Assembly (NCBI RefSeq): GCF_006345805.1
Contig: NC_042999.1
Location: 120,962,001 to 121,026,000 of the forward strand
Reading direction: 5' to 3'
DNA from: Octopus sinensis
Lineage: Eukaryota
Length of the DNA stretch: 64,000 nt
In this document: positions 1-10,779 of the stretch, in pieces
How positions within the stretch are numbered: position 1 is the stretch's first letter
Layout of the letters: each line of letters opens with the position of its first letter
Notes under the pieces: generated by a model
The model's database searches: none
What the model was told of the DNA's origin: nothing
Seen by the model: the letters and a program-made list of their open reading frames with translations, nothing else
Program-made: the position numbers and the translations under genes

Positions 1-224
1 TGTTGTTTTTTTTATTTCAATGGCATATCAGATTTAAAGAATTGTATTTTCTCGGGACTATTTGACCTCCTCATTTTTAGTTCGTGTGTGTATTTCATAT
101 ACATTCATTCGTTTTTTTTAATATATTTTGTTTTATATGTGTCTATCTAGTCTTTTAAATGTATATGCGCACAAGTGGATCTGGGTGTGGGATGAGTGTG
201 TGTGTGAGTGCATGTCCCCTTAAT

Positions 225-330
225 AAAGTGTTGCACCACAACAGCAAGATCGTGGTTTCAATTCCAGGACTGGGTGGTATATTGTGTTCTTGAGCAAAAC
301 ACTTCATCTCACGTTGCTGTAATCACTTCG
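225..330 (+). mobile_element. Degraded tRNA-derived SINE fragment (same family as 26584-26904)
   Basis: B-box-like GGTTTCAATTCC, then TTGTGTTCTTGAGCAAAACACTTCATCTCACGTTGCT, which resembles TTGTGTCCTTGAGCAAGACACTTTATTTCACGTTGCT in the intact copy. Confidence 0.5.
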
Positions 331-495
331 ACACATGGCATGTGGTACAACGGGGATCTTCGATTTGATAGAGAGGGTAAGATAATGGACAGAACATACA
401 TTTGATAACTATAAACAAACGATCGTGCAGGTTGTTCCTTCTCAGACTACCAGAGACTACCATTATTATAAATATATCTATATTTATATATATAA

Positions 496-1697
496 TTGGG
501 TTGGCAACTACGTTACCGCCGTTTTTTTTAAATTTAAAGTATTATAAGGTTTAATAAAAAAAAAAACTAATTAATCAATATTGTATTCACCCTTGTTGTT
601 TACAACTTGTTCCCAACGTTCAACAAGATTTTCAATACCTCGTTGGTAGAAATCACCCGATCTAGACTCGAAAAATTGATCCAACCAAGCTCTCAATTCT
701 GCATCAGTATTGAGCGAAATTCCGCGCATAGTATTTCAAAGAGATCGAAAGAGGTGGAAATCCCTTGGTGCTAAATCAGGAGAGTACGGCGGCTGTGGCA
801 GCACCTCCCAGCCATGCGTTTGAATGGCTTCCTTGGTCATATTGGCGATATGAGAGTGGGCGTTGTCGTGCAGCAGAAGAACTCTATGCTGCTGATTAGG
901 TCTTTTTCTCTTGAATATCTCTGTTGAGTCGTTCCATCTGCTGAGCATAGAGTTCCGTGTTGACTGTTTGGTTCCGTTCAAGCAATTAGTAATGGATAAT
1001 CTCTTCCCAGTCCCACCATAGGCACAACATCGTTTTACGCGGACTAAGATCTTGTTTCACGCGCGGTGTCGCTTGTTTACCGGGGCGAAACCATTCCTTA
1101 CACTGCTTCATATTGATGTTCAGGCACCATTTTTCACCACCAGTAACGATTCGGTAAAGAAATCGTTGCTTATCTCCATGAGTTGAGCGGTGACGAGCAA
1201 GCAAACCAACGGAGATTGTGGCTCGTTGATTTTTGTTGTTGTCACTTAAAGTATGCGGAACCCATGCTCCATACTTCTGAACCTTTCCATCGAGTGAAGA
1301 TGCTTCTCAATAGCAGTGTGGGAACATTGAATTTTCTCTGTCAGTTCCCTTTTTGTTTGACGAGAATTTTCGTGCAAAAGTTGGTTTACTCGCTCTTCAT
1401 CGAATTCAACTGGACGGCCAGAACGAGGTGCGTCTTTGAGGTTAAAATTTCCATTTTACCAATCACGAGCGGTTCTTTCAGCTATGGCACCCTCTCCATA
1501 CACAACACAAATGTCGCAAGCAGCTTTTGCGCGGCCTTAGAACCTTGTTTAAAAGCAAAAAGAAGGTGTCGAAAACGCTCGTTTTTCTTAACTTGACATT
1601 CCATTTTGATGATCTGAAAATACACAAAAAAAAAAATAGATTCCAAAATTTAAAAACGCAATAAATTCCAAAATTTAAAAAAAGCGGCGGGAACTTA

Positions 1698-1699
<2 letters not shown>
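496..1699 (-). mobile_element. Mariner (Tc1/mariner) DNA transposon, near full length, defective
   Basis: Left TIR TTGGGTTGGCAACTACGTTACCGCCGTTTTTTT follows TA. The right end reverse-complements to ACTAAGTTCCCGCCGCTTTTTTTAAATTT, with its outer bases lost into (TA)n. A transposase remnant lies inside. Confidence 0.93.
571..1604 (-). pseudogene. Mariner transposase pseudogene (frameshifts and stops)
   Basis: Starts MECQVKKNERFRHLL. Contains IVTGGEKW (cf. IVTGDEKW), KTMLCLWWD, LLHDNAHSH and PYSPDLAPRDFHLFRSL. Ends RGIENLVERWEQVVNNKGEYNID*. Confidence 0.92.
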
Positions 1700-1780
<81 letters not shown>

Positions 1781-1782
1781 GT

Positions 1783-1985
1783 GAAGGCTTAGTGGTATTC
1801 GGGTCCTGGTTGCTCGTTGTGTCCTTAAGCAAGACACTTTATTTCTCGTTGCTCCTGTCCACTCAGTTGGCAAAATAAGCTGTAACTGTCTTCCAAAGGA
1901 CTATCCTTGTCATATACTGTGTCGTGTGCGTCTGTCACTTGCACTTTATTTACATGAGTAGGCTGTTTCGTCGTCACAGACGGAG
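1783..1985 (+). mobile_element. Degraded SINE (family of 26584-26904)
   Basis: GGCTTAGTGG A-box and TTGTGTCCTTAAGCAAGACACTTTATTTCTCGTTGCTCC core. The 3' end GTCGTCACAGACGGAGT resembles the intact copy. Confidence 0.65.
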
Positions 1986-1991
1986 TGCCAG

Positions 1992-2027
<36 letters not shown>

Positions 2028-2277
2028 TAGTCAAAAATTGTGAAGCATGACTGTCAACACTACTACATGAACCCGAAGATTGCAGAATTCAATGCATGAA
2101 AGTACTAGTTCAATCAGAATGAATATTTAACATTCTACTATTTCATTTTATTTTATTTTATTCAATTATAATATATTATCTTATAATATATCATTATAAG
2201 ATTGTAAATAAAACGTGAAAATCAGACAAGGTTGGAATTCTTTTTATTATATATTCTTCTATACACAATCACACACC

Positions 2278-2336
<59 letters not shown>

Positions 2337-2370
2337 TAAGAAAGTTTGTTTGGTAAAGCACGTGGGTGAA

Positions 2371-3922
2371 TATATAAGAAAATAGTAAAGTGTGAAAAAA
2401 CGACAGAAGGCTTAAATGTTAAAAAATATATATATTTTGTCAAAATGTCTGGAGAATAATGGAAAATTTTTTTTTCCTTTCCTTAAAATGACATAATTTA
2501 AAATTTTTTAAAGAAATTACCGTTTCGCGTGTAGCTTTTCAAATTTCTTGTGACGTTATGTTTATATTGCATGGAATTATCGTTGTTTTTATTTCCAGGA
2601 GATTTCTAAATAGGGGAGGTAGTGAGTGATTTTTTTCCGGCGTAGGGGAGATAATCGCTTAAAAATTTTTTTTTCTTTTCCTTGTTAATTTCTCTGTGTC
2701 AGTATGTTCGGATGGTTGAGTCTGGGTTTGTACTTTTCAATGAAGAATGTTTCCTTGTTCAGTCTCATTTGTGTTGATGATCCGAAAGCACATTGGTAAA
2801 ATGGGAAGATTAAAATTGTGGCAGTAGTTGCTTTGCGCATTTCTCAATGTGCTCACTAAAAGGTATCATTCTATATTCTGGGAATGCAATCTGTTGTCGA
2901 TGCAGTGTGCATCTGCGCCTGAGTGATAGTCCCGTGGAACCCACGTAGTCTTGGTGGCAGCCCGAGCATTTAATAACATAAATTATGTTTTCAGAGGCAC
3001 AAGTAAAGTTAGATTTGATCTTAATTTCTGTCCCTCTTTAAAGAAGAATTCTGATCCTTCCAATAGGTTAGGACATGTTGCACAGTTCGATCTACCACAT
3101 TTTTTTACTTTTGCATCCGTAATTTTAGAAGACAATTTTGCCTTTGTGAGAATCTTTTTAAGTGATTTAGGCTGTTTGTAGCTTTTAATGATTTGGTGTA
3201 TGTTTAGAATTTCCTTTAATTTTGGGTTTTTATGAAGTATTGGTAAATTCTGGGTGATGATGGTGAAGGCTTCTTTGTTTCTGGGGTTGTATGTAGATAT
3301 GTAAGGTAGTATTTTCGGGGAAGGTGTGTTGTTGTGTTGAACTTTTCTTAATTTTCTATGTTGATTTCTGTTGCACGTCTGATCCCATCCTCTATGAGTT
3401 GAGCTGGGTAATGTCTGTCAATTAGGGTGTTTTTGAGTTCTTGCAGTCTAAAGTTCCTGGTATTTTGTCTGACACTATTGTGCATATCCTTCTTGCAAGG
3501 TTGAAGGGGATGTTTGTTTTAGTGTGTCTTGGGTGGCATGAATTAAAAAGAGGTATTGTTTGGCGTCTGTGGCTTTGTAAAAAATGTCTGTTTCTATTTT
3601 AAGGTTAATTTTTTTATTAGTATATCCAAGAACGGGAGCTCCTTTTGGTTGTATTCCATTGTGAACTGTATATTTGGGTTTATGCTGTTCAATAGGTTTT
3701 TAAATTTTAGGAGTTTATCTATGTTTTCATTCCAGAGAATGAAACAATCGTCTAGAATCGTTTCCAATTCTCTTTTATGTATTGAGAGAGGGAGTTTCCA
3801 AAGATTGATAGAGATTCCTGGTAAATGATTATTTCCATGTATCCCATTGTTAAGTTCGCAATGACTGGTGCTGCCCTTGTACCATAGCAATTCCGGATTT
3901 TTGACGGTAAAATGTATTGTCA
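2371..3922 (-). mobile_element. Penelope-like retroelement, 5'-truncated, left arm of palindrome
   Basis: Reverse complement of 3941-5500. Encodes the RT C-half (WKRFLDD, PFLDI), thumb, C-x4-C-x2-C linker and GIY-YIG endonuclease. Confidence 0.92.
2511..2549 (-). ncRNA. Minimal type I hammerhead ribozyme motif (U3-A8 variant), left-arm copy missing one C in stem III
   Basis: AAGAAAU-UUGAAAA-GC UACAC GC-GAAA-CGG-UA-AUUUCUU. Confidence 0.6.
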
Positions 3923-3940
3923 TGTTTGACAATACATGTT

Positions 3941-5492
3941 TGACAATACATTTTACCGTCAAAAATCCGGAATTGCTATGGGTACAAGGGCAGCACCAGT
4001 CATTGCGAACTTAACAATGGGATACATGGAAATAATCATTTACCAGGAATCTCTATCAATCTTTGGAACTCCCTCTCTCAATACATAAAAGAGAATTGGA
4101 AACGATTCCTAGACGATTGTTTCATTCTCTGGAATGAAACATAGATAAACTCCTAAAATTTAAAAACCTATTGAACAGCATAAACCCAAATATACAGTTC
4201 ACAATGGAATACAACCAAAAGGAGCTCCCGTTCTTGATATACTAATTAAAAAAATTAACCTTAAAATAGAAACAGACATTTTTTACAAAGCCACAGACGC
4301 CAAACAATACCTTCTTTTTAATTCATGCCACCCAAGACACACTAAAACAAACATCCCCTTCAACCTTGCAAGAAGGATATGCACAATAGTGTCAGAACAA
4401 AATACCAGGAACTTTAGACTGCAAGAACTCAAAAACACCCTAATTGACAGACATTACCCAGCTCAACTCATAGAGGATGGGATCAGACGTGCAACAGAAA
4501 TCAACATAGAAAATTTAAGAAAAGTTCAACACAACAACACACCTTCCCCGAAAATACTACCTTACATATCTACATACAACCCCAGAAGAAAGAAGCCTTC
4601 ACCATCATCACCCAGAATTTACCAATACTTCATAAAAACCCAAAATTAAAGGAAATTCTAAACATACACCAAATCATTAAAAGCTACAAACAGCCTAAAT
4701 CACTTAAAAAGATTCTCACAAAGGCAAAATTGTCTTCTAAAATTACGGATGCAAAAGTAAAAAATGTGGTAGATCGAACTGTGCAACATGTCCTAACCTA
4801 TTGGAAGGATCAGAATTCTTCTTTAAAGAGGGACAGAAATTTAAGATCAAATCTAACTTTACTTGTGCCTCTGAAAACATAATTTATGTTATTAAATGCT
4901 CGGGCTGCCACCAAGACTACGTGGGTTCCACGGGACTATCACTCAGGCGCAGATGCACACTGCATCGACAACAGATTGCATTCCCAGAATATAGAATGAT
5001 ACCTTTTAGTGAGCACATTGAGAAATGCGCAAAGCAACTACTGCCACAATTTTTAATCTTCCCATTTTACCAATGTGCTTTCGGATCATCAACACAAATG
5101 AGACTGAACAAGGAAACATTCTTCATTGAAAGTAGTACAAACCCAGACTCAACCATCCGACATACTGACACAGAGAAATTAACAAGGAAAAGAGAAAAAA
5201 ATTTTTTAAGCGATTATCTCCCCTACGCCGGAAAAAATCACTCACTACCTCCCCTTATTTAGAAATCTCCTGGAAATAAAAAACAACGATAATTCCATGC
5301 AATATAAACATAACGTCACAAGAAATTTGAAAAGCTACACGCGAAACCGGTAATTTCTTTAAAAATTTTTAAATTATGTCATTTTAAGGAAAGGAAAAAA
5401 AATTTTTCCATTATTCTCCAGACATTTTGACACAAATATATATATTTTTTAACATTTAAGCCTTCTGTCGTTTTTTCACACTTTACTATTTT

Positions 5493-5500
<8 letters not shown>
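3941..5500 (+). mobile_element. Penelope-like retroelement (Neptune-like Cys linker), 5'-truncated, right arm of palindrome
   Basis: Translates across 1-nt indels as FDNTFYRQKSGIAMGTRAAPVIANLTMGY...RFLDDCF...HPRHTKTNIPFNLARRI...KCGRSNCATC...NIIYVIKCSGCHQDYVGSTGLSLRRRCTLH...SEH. The 3' end runs into (TA)n. Confidence 0.93.
5320..5359 (+). ncRNA. Minimal type I hammerhead ribozyme motif (U3-A8 variant) in PLE 3' region
   Basis: Stem I AAGAAAU/AUUUCUU (7 bp), core UUGAAAA, stem II GC/GC, GAAA, palindromic stem III ACCGGU, GUA cleavage triplet. Confidence 0.75.
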
Positions 5501-5534
<34 letters not shown>

Positions 5535-5582
5535 CAATACATATACATATACATATACATATATATATCTATATATAATATA

Positions 5583-5776
5583 TTATCTATAAAATAATAT
5601 GTTACATTACTCGATAGTCACGATAAAACTCTGAGTTTCAGATGCCGAAGTGGGATTCCGGAACGCCATCTCTTCGGTTATCTGGCTATTATCCCACACC
5701 CAGATCCACTTCGGCATCTGAAACTCAGAGTTTTATCTTGACTATCGAGTAATGTAACATATTATTTTATAGATAA
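5583..5776. repeat. 194-bp hairpin: 71-bp inverted arms (one mismatch) with a 52-bp spacer; MITE-like or inverted PLE 3' end
   Basis: 5583-5653 is the reverse complement of 5706-5776. Confidence 0.85.
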
Positions 5777-5871
5777 ATTTCCTCTATTTACATAATATTG
5801 AGGTCTCTTTCTTTCTTTTGTTATCTTACCGTTTTACCAATATATATATATATATATATATGTATGTATAT

Positions 5872-5905
5872 TTTATTATTATTATTATTATTATTATTTT
5901 ATTAC

Positions 5906-5952
<47 letters not shown>
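5872..5952. repeat. (ATT)n microsatellite at the 3' end of the R4/Dong-like LINE
   Basis: Direct reading. Confidence 0.95.
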
Positions 5953-5957
<5 letters not shown>

Positions 5958-8217
5958 TAGTTTTATTTTTATAGCGTGCTTTCACTTCAAGCGCAGCTCT
6001 GTGTGCCTTGTATGTGCTGTGATTTGTTGTGATGCTCTGAGGGTTATTGTATGGAAAGTGTTCTGCGTAGGATGTGTGCAGTGCCTAGTAGTGCAATTTT
6101 CTGTATGTTATATGTGTTTGTAAGTCCTGGTGTTTTTGTTATGTATTTGTCTGAATAATTTTTTATCATGCCTAATGCACCTACTATGATAGGAATTGTT
6201 TCTGTTTTCAGATTCCACATTCTAGTTACCTCTATTTCCAGGTCTTTGTATTTTGAGAGTTTCTCCATTTCTTTTAGAGACACGTTGTCATCTGCCGCTA
6301 TTGATACATCAATTAGAAAGCATTTTTTTCTTCATGATCTCTGACAACTATATCTGGTCTGTTGGCCTTAATTTCTCTATCTGTGTGTATCGGCATATCC
6401 CAGAGTATGGTTGCTTTCTCGTTTTCTGTGACCTTTTCTGGTGTGTGCCTATACCATCTTTTTTCTGTTGTTATTCCATAATGTTGACATAGCTTCCAAT
6501 GTATGTAGGTTCCAACTCTGTCATGTCTGTGAATATATTCCTTCTTAGCCAGGACTGGGCAGCTAGAGATAATATGATTTATTGTTTCTTGTCCATCTCC
6601 ACATATTCTGCAATTACTTGTAATATTTCTTTTCATTACATGTTTTTGGTAATTTCTGGTGGGGAGGCTTGGTCTTGTGCTGCAATTAAAAATCCCTCTG
6701 TCTCTGCTTTGAGTCCTGAGCTTCTCAACCATTGCTGGGATTTTTCTTTGTCTATTTCTTTTGCGTTTAGTTTAGTCCAGTATTTACCATGAAGGGGCTT
6801 TTCTTGCCATCGTTTTATCATGGTTCGTTGCTGTTCTATTTTTAGTTTGGATTTCATTTGTTTTATAGCTTTTGTTGTTTCTTCATCTTCTTCTTCTTCT
6901 TCATGTTTATTAGGTGGTATGATTTCTTGTTTGTATTTGTCCGCTTCCTTAAATACTGAGAACAGTTTTTTGTTCTGCTCGTGTTTTGCCGCTATCTGGA
7001 TCAGTTTTCCTTCCTTCTGAAGTAGATATTTTTGCAGTCCTATGGTGGTTATTTTATAGTAGTTTTCCAGCTGTATAAGACCTCTACCACCTTCCATACG
7101 TTGTATATATAGTCTTTCTATGTCAGATTTTGGGTGATGCATCCTAGATCCTGTCATTATTTTTCTTGTTTTCCTGTCTATTTCGGACAGTTCATTTCGT
7201 GTCCAGTTGAGGATATTGTAGCTGTAACTTATAACTGGGACAGCTAAAGTGTTGATGCCTATTATCTTGTTTTTAGCGTTGTGCTCTGTTTTTAGTATTG
7301 ATCTAACTCGTCTATAATATTCTTTTTTTATTTTCTCTTTCATTTGTGTGTGTTGTGTCTTATCTAGTTCATGGATTCCTAAGTATTTGTAAGTTTGGCT
7401 TTGGTCTAATTCTTTTATTTCATTGGTTTTATCTAGTGTGATGTTGTTACTCTTAACTAGTTTTCCTCTTTTCATGGTTACTTTGGCGCATTCTTCTAAT
7501 CCAAATTTAATTTCTATTTCTTTGGTAAATCCATGAACTGTCTTTAATAGTGTTTCCAGCTGTTTGTCATTTGCAGCGTATAGTTTTAGGTCATCCATAT
7601 ATAAAAGGTGGCTGATCGTTTTGCCGTAACATTTATATCCGCATCCAGTTCTATTTAGTATATCAGATAGAGGTGACAGTGCCAAGCAGAAAAGGAGTGG
7701 AGAGAGCGTGTCTCCCTGGAATATTCCTCTTCTAATGGGGATGTCTTTGGTTTTCATGAGTCCCTCTTTTGTTTGGAGGTGTAGGACTGTTTGCCATTTA
7801 TTCATAGTGCTCTATGAATTTTATGATTGTTGGTGCTACTTTGTTAATGGCTAGTGTTTCGAGGATCCATGTGTGGGGGGAGCTATCAAACGTCTTTTTG
7901 TAGTCAATCCAGGCCATACTGAGGCCTTTCTTCTTTCTGTGGCTGTCTTCAGTTATGGCTTTATTAATCATTAGTTGATCTTTACAGCCATATGAGCCTT
8001 TGCGGCATCCTTTCTGCTCTTCTGGGAACAGTTTGTTTTCGTCCAGGTGCTTGTTCAGCCTTTGCGATATCACTGCAGTAAATGCCTTGAGCATAGTAGG
8101 GAGGCAGGTTATTGGTCTGTAGTTTTCTGGTTTTGCTGTTTCATTTGATTTGGGAATTAAGATGGTTTTCCCCTTCGTGAGCCATTCAGGCATTGTCTCT
8201 GGCTCTGCTAGTATGTT
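5953..8217 (-). mobile_element. R4/Dong-like non-LTR retrotransposon (RT + CCHC + restriction-like endonuclease), 5'-truncated, a few frameshifts
   Basis: ENYRPITCLP, QKGCRKG, AWIDYKKTFDS, GIFQGDTLSPLLF, LLYMDDLKLY, YKYLGI, CRICGDGQETINHIISSC (CCHC), ANRPDIVV (PD-D/ExK), stop at 6044. Flanked by (AAT)n on both sides. Confidence 0.92.
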
Positions 8218-8227
8218 GTTATTATTA

Positions 8228-8268
<41 letters not shown>

Positions 8269-8305
8269 GTTGTTGTTGTTATTGTTGTTGTTGTTGTTGT
8301 TGTTG

Positions 8306-8345
<40 letters not shown>

Positions 8346-8374
8346 ATATTATTGTCTCTGGCTCTGCTGGTATG

Positions 8375-8452
<78 letters not shown>

Positions 8453-8467
8453 CTGTTGTTGCTGTTG

Positions 8468-8519
<52 letters not shown>

Positions 8520-8546
8520 CATTATTATAAAATATTATTATTATTA
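8218..8546. repeat. Compound (ATT)n/(GTT)n microsatellite with an internal duplication
   Basis: Direct reading. The 26-nt ATTGTCTCTGGCTCTGCT(A/G)GTATGTT occurs at 8192 and 8351. Confidence 0.9.
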
Positions 8547-8806
8547 GGGTCGCTATTCGCAATTTACATTCGAAAGGCAACAAGTATAGACGTCACCAAC
8601 GTGATGGAGGGTTCTAGTTAGCACCAGCATTGCTAGAAATAAGAGTCACAACAACCCTTAGCCACGTGAGAACACTTTTCTAACGAATGACAAGGGAAGC
8701 AAGCTCCCTACGGCAAGCGAAATTGAGTCATATCGGCACTGATTTAAGATTTGATTAATTTTCATCAGTGACCCATTACACCGTCACCGAGGGTTATGTA
8801 TATATC

Positions 8807-8851
<45 letters not shown>

Positions 8852-9277
8852 CTGGAAATTGTGTTTGGTAAGCGACAGACTACGCTGATGATCTTGCAGA
8901 TGTCTACGTGTTTATATACGTAGGTAATCGATTTTATTTCGTATGTTTTCATTTGTCTTACTCATTTTTACATTTTGGCGTTTTGCTGACATAATGTTTT
9001 TCTTGAGAACACATTCTTCGTGTTAATGGCTATTTGACATCTATGTTTAGCATATGGAGTGTCCGCTTTCCTCATGCACATATGTATCAACTTCCTCATC
9101 TGCCATAAACGCTTGAAACATTTGTGCTATCTACGAAGAAATCGCCATTACCGCAGGAATTACGCAAAAATGGTTTTTAGTTCCAAATGAGGGGAAATTC
9201 AACCCTGTGCAAATGTGCATATGTTCAGTTCAATGAGAATTTTTTTGAACTCGCATCCACGAGGATCCGCGCTAATC

Positions 9278-9448
9278 CACTTAGAAATACTTGAAAACAA
9301 CGACACGGTCAATGCAGAGCTTTACATTCAACGAATGTACCGGCTTAACGAGGCAGTCCAGCTGAAACGACCCGGGAAAAGACGCGATAAAACACTCCTC
9401 TACTTTGCTAATTTGATCGAGAATGTTATTCAAGAGCTTGATTGGGAA
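9278..9448 (+). mobile_element. Short degraded mariner transposase fragment
   Basis: LEILENNDTVNAELYIQRMYRLNEAVQLKRP...VIQELDWE parallels the ELLE..QTVN.ELY..RL...KRP...IQ..GWE segment of mariner transposases. Confidence 0.7.
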
Positions 9449-9497
9449 AGGCAGGCAGTAAGACAGGCAGGCAGACGATAACACAGACATAAAGAAT

Positions 9498-9676
<179 letters not shown>

Positions 9677-10779
9677 TTGAGTAAAGAAACTGATATGAAA
9701 AGCTAAGCGATTATGTCTCCTTAATCTACAAAATTTCTGCTCTTCAGAAACTTTCGATAACCAATTTGAATGTCATGTGGCATACAATTCTGGCCAAAAA
9801 TATAATCATGTAAAATATGGCATAGAGTGCAAGTATTAAGTCTAAGTTTATCATCCACTGTAGAGTATGCTGGGGGGAAAGCGAAGTAAAATATCGAAGT
9901 TTCACTGTCGAAACTGAAGATGTTCAATCTATTAAAAGAATCTGTTTTTCTCTTCGTATCGATTTTATCATGTTATTTTAAATTTCCTTGCGCTGAGATA
10001 TTTCTTTCAAAATCTCAACATATTCCATAAAGCACCATGAATAAATATCAAATACCTTTTGTCATGAATGGAAGATAAATCCCAGAATATTACACTAATC
10101 TCTTGGAATGCAAATCGTGTGTATTGCTGGAAGTATGACATACAAATGCAGTGATGTAGAATATAAATAAGTTTAGGTGAGTTCAGAGCTCAATGAGTTT
10201 TTGATTCTTATGAAACCCTGCCATTAATACGTTTAGAGAGGACACGAAAATCAACGTTTTAGTTTTTCTCACGTAAAGAAACGGATTTTTGTGTGTGCAT
10301 GTATATATATGAATGTGTGCATGTATATATATGAATGTGTGCATATATGGGGTGTGTACACGTGTGTGTGTGTGTAGTGCCTTACAAAATTAGTGCTTTC
10401 AACTATTTTTTTATAGGTCGCTGTTGCTGGCTAGTTCATACATGTGGGTGGCGAAGCGGAAATCAGTTTTCCTGTGTGACTTTTTTCTGACAGAACACGC
10501 TGTCTATCACCAAGAGTTCTGCTGGATGTCTTCGTGGCTACCCACGGGAGCTAGGTGAATTTCAGCTTCAAACCTAAAGTAAGAGAAGATAACGTGGGAT
10601 CCAGAGAATAACTTGCGATAACGTGGACCTAGAAATACGTCTTGCCTGATATTCCGTAACACTTATCATTTAATGCTCTTTATCGGACGAAAAAGGCTAG
10701 GAATACACTTTTGAGGAAAAAAAACCTGTGGCACTCATTTTTGCAGCAATTTTCAAAAGACTGGATTTTTGGCATCCTT

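Noticed and set aside
7798-8583. 261-aa ORF with poly-Asn fused to RT sequence
   Set aside because: The frame stays open only because (AAT)n and (AAC)n lack stops. The upstream Met is outside the element, and there is no evidence of a real fusion protein.
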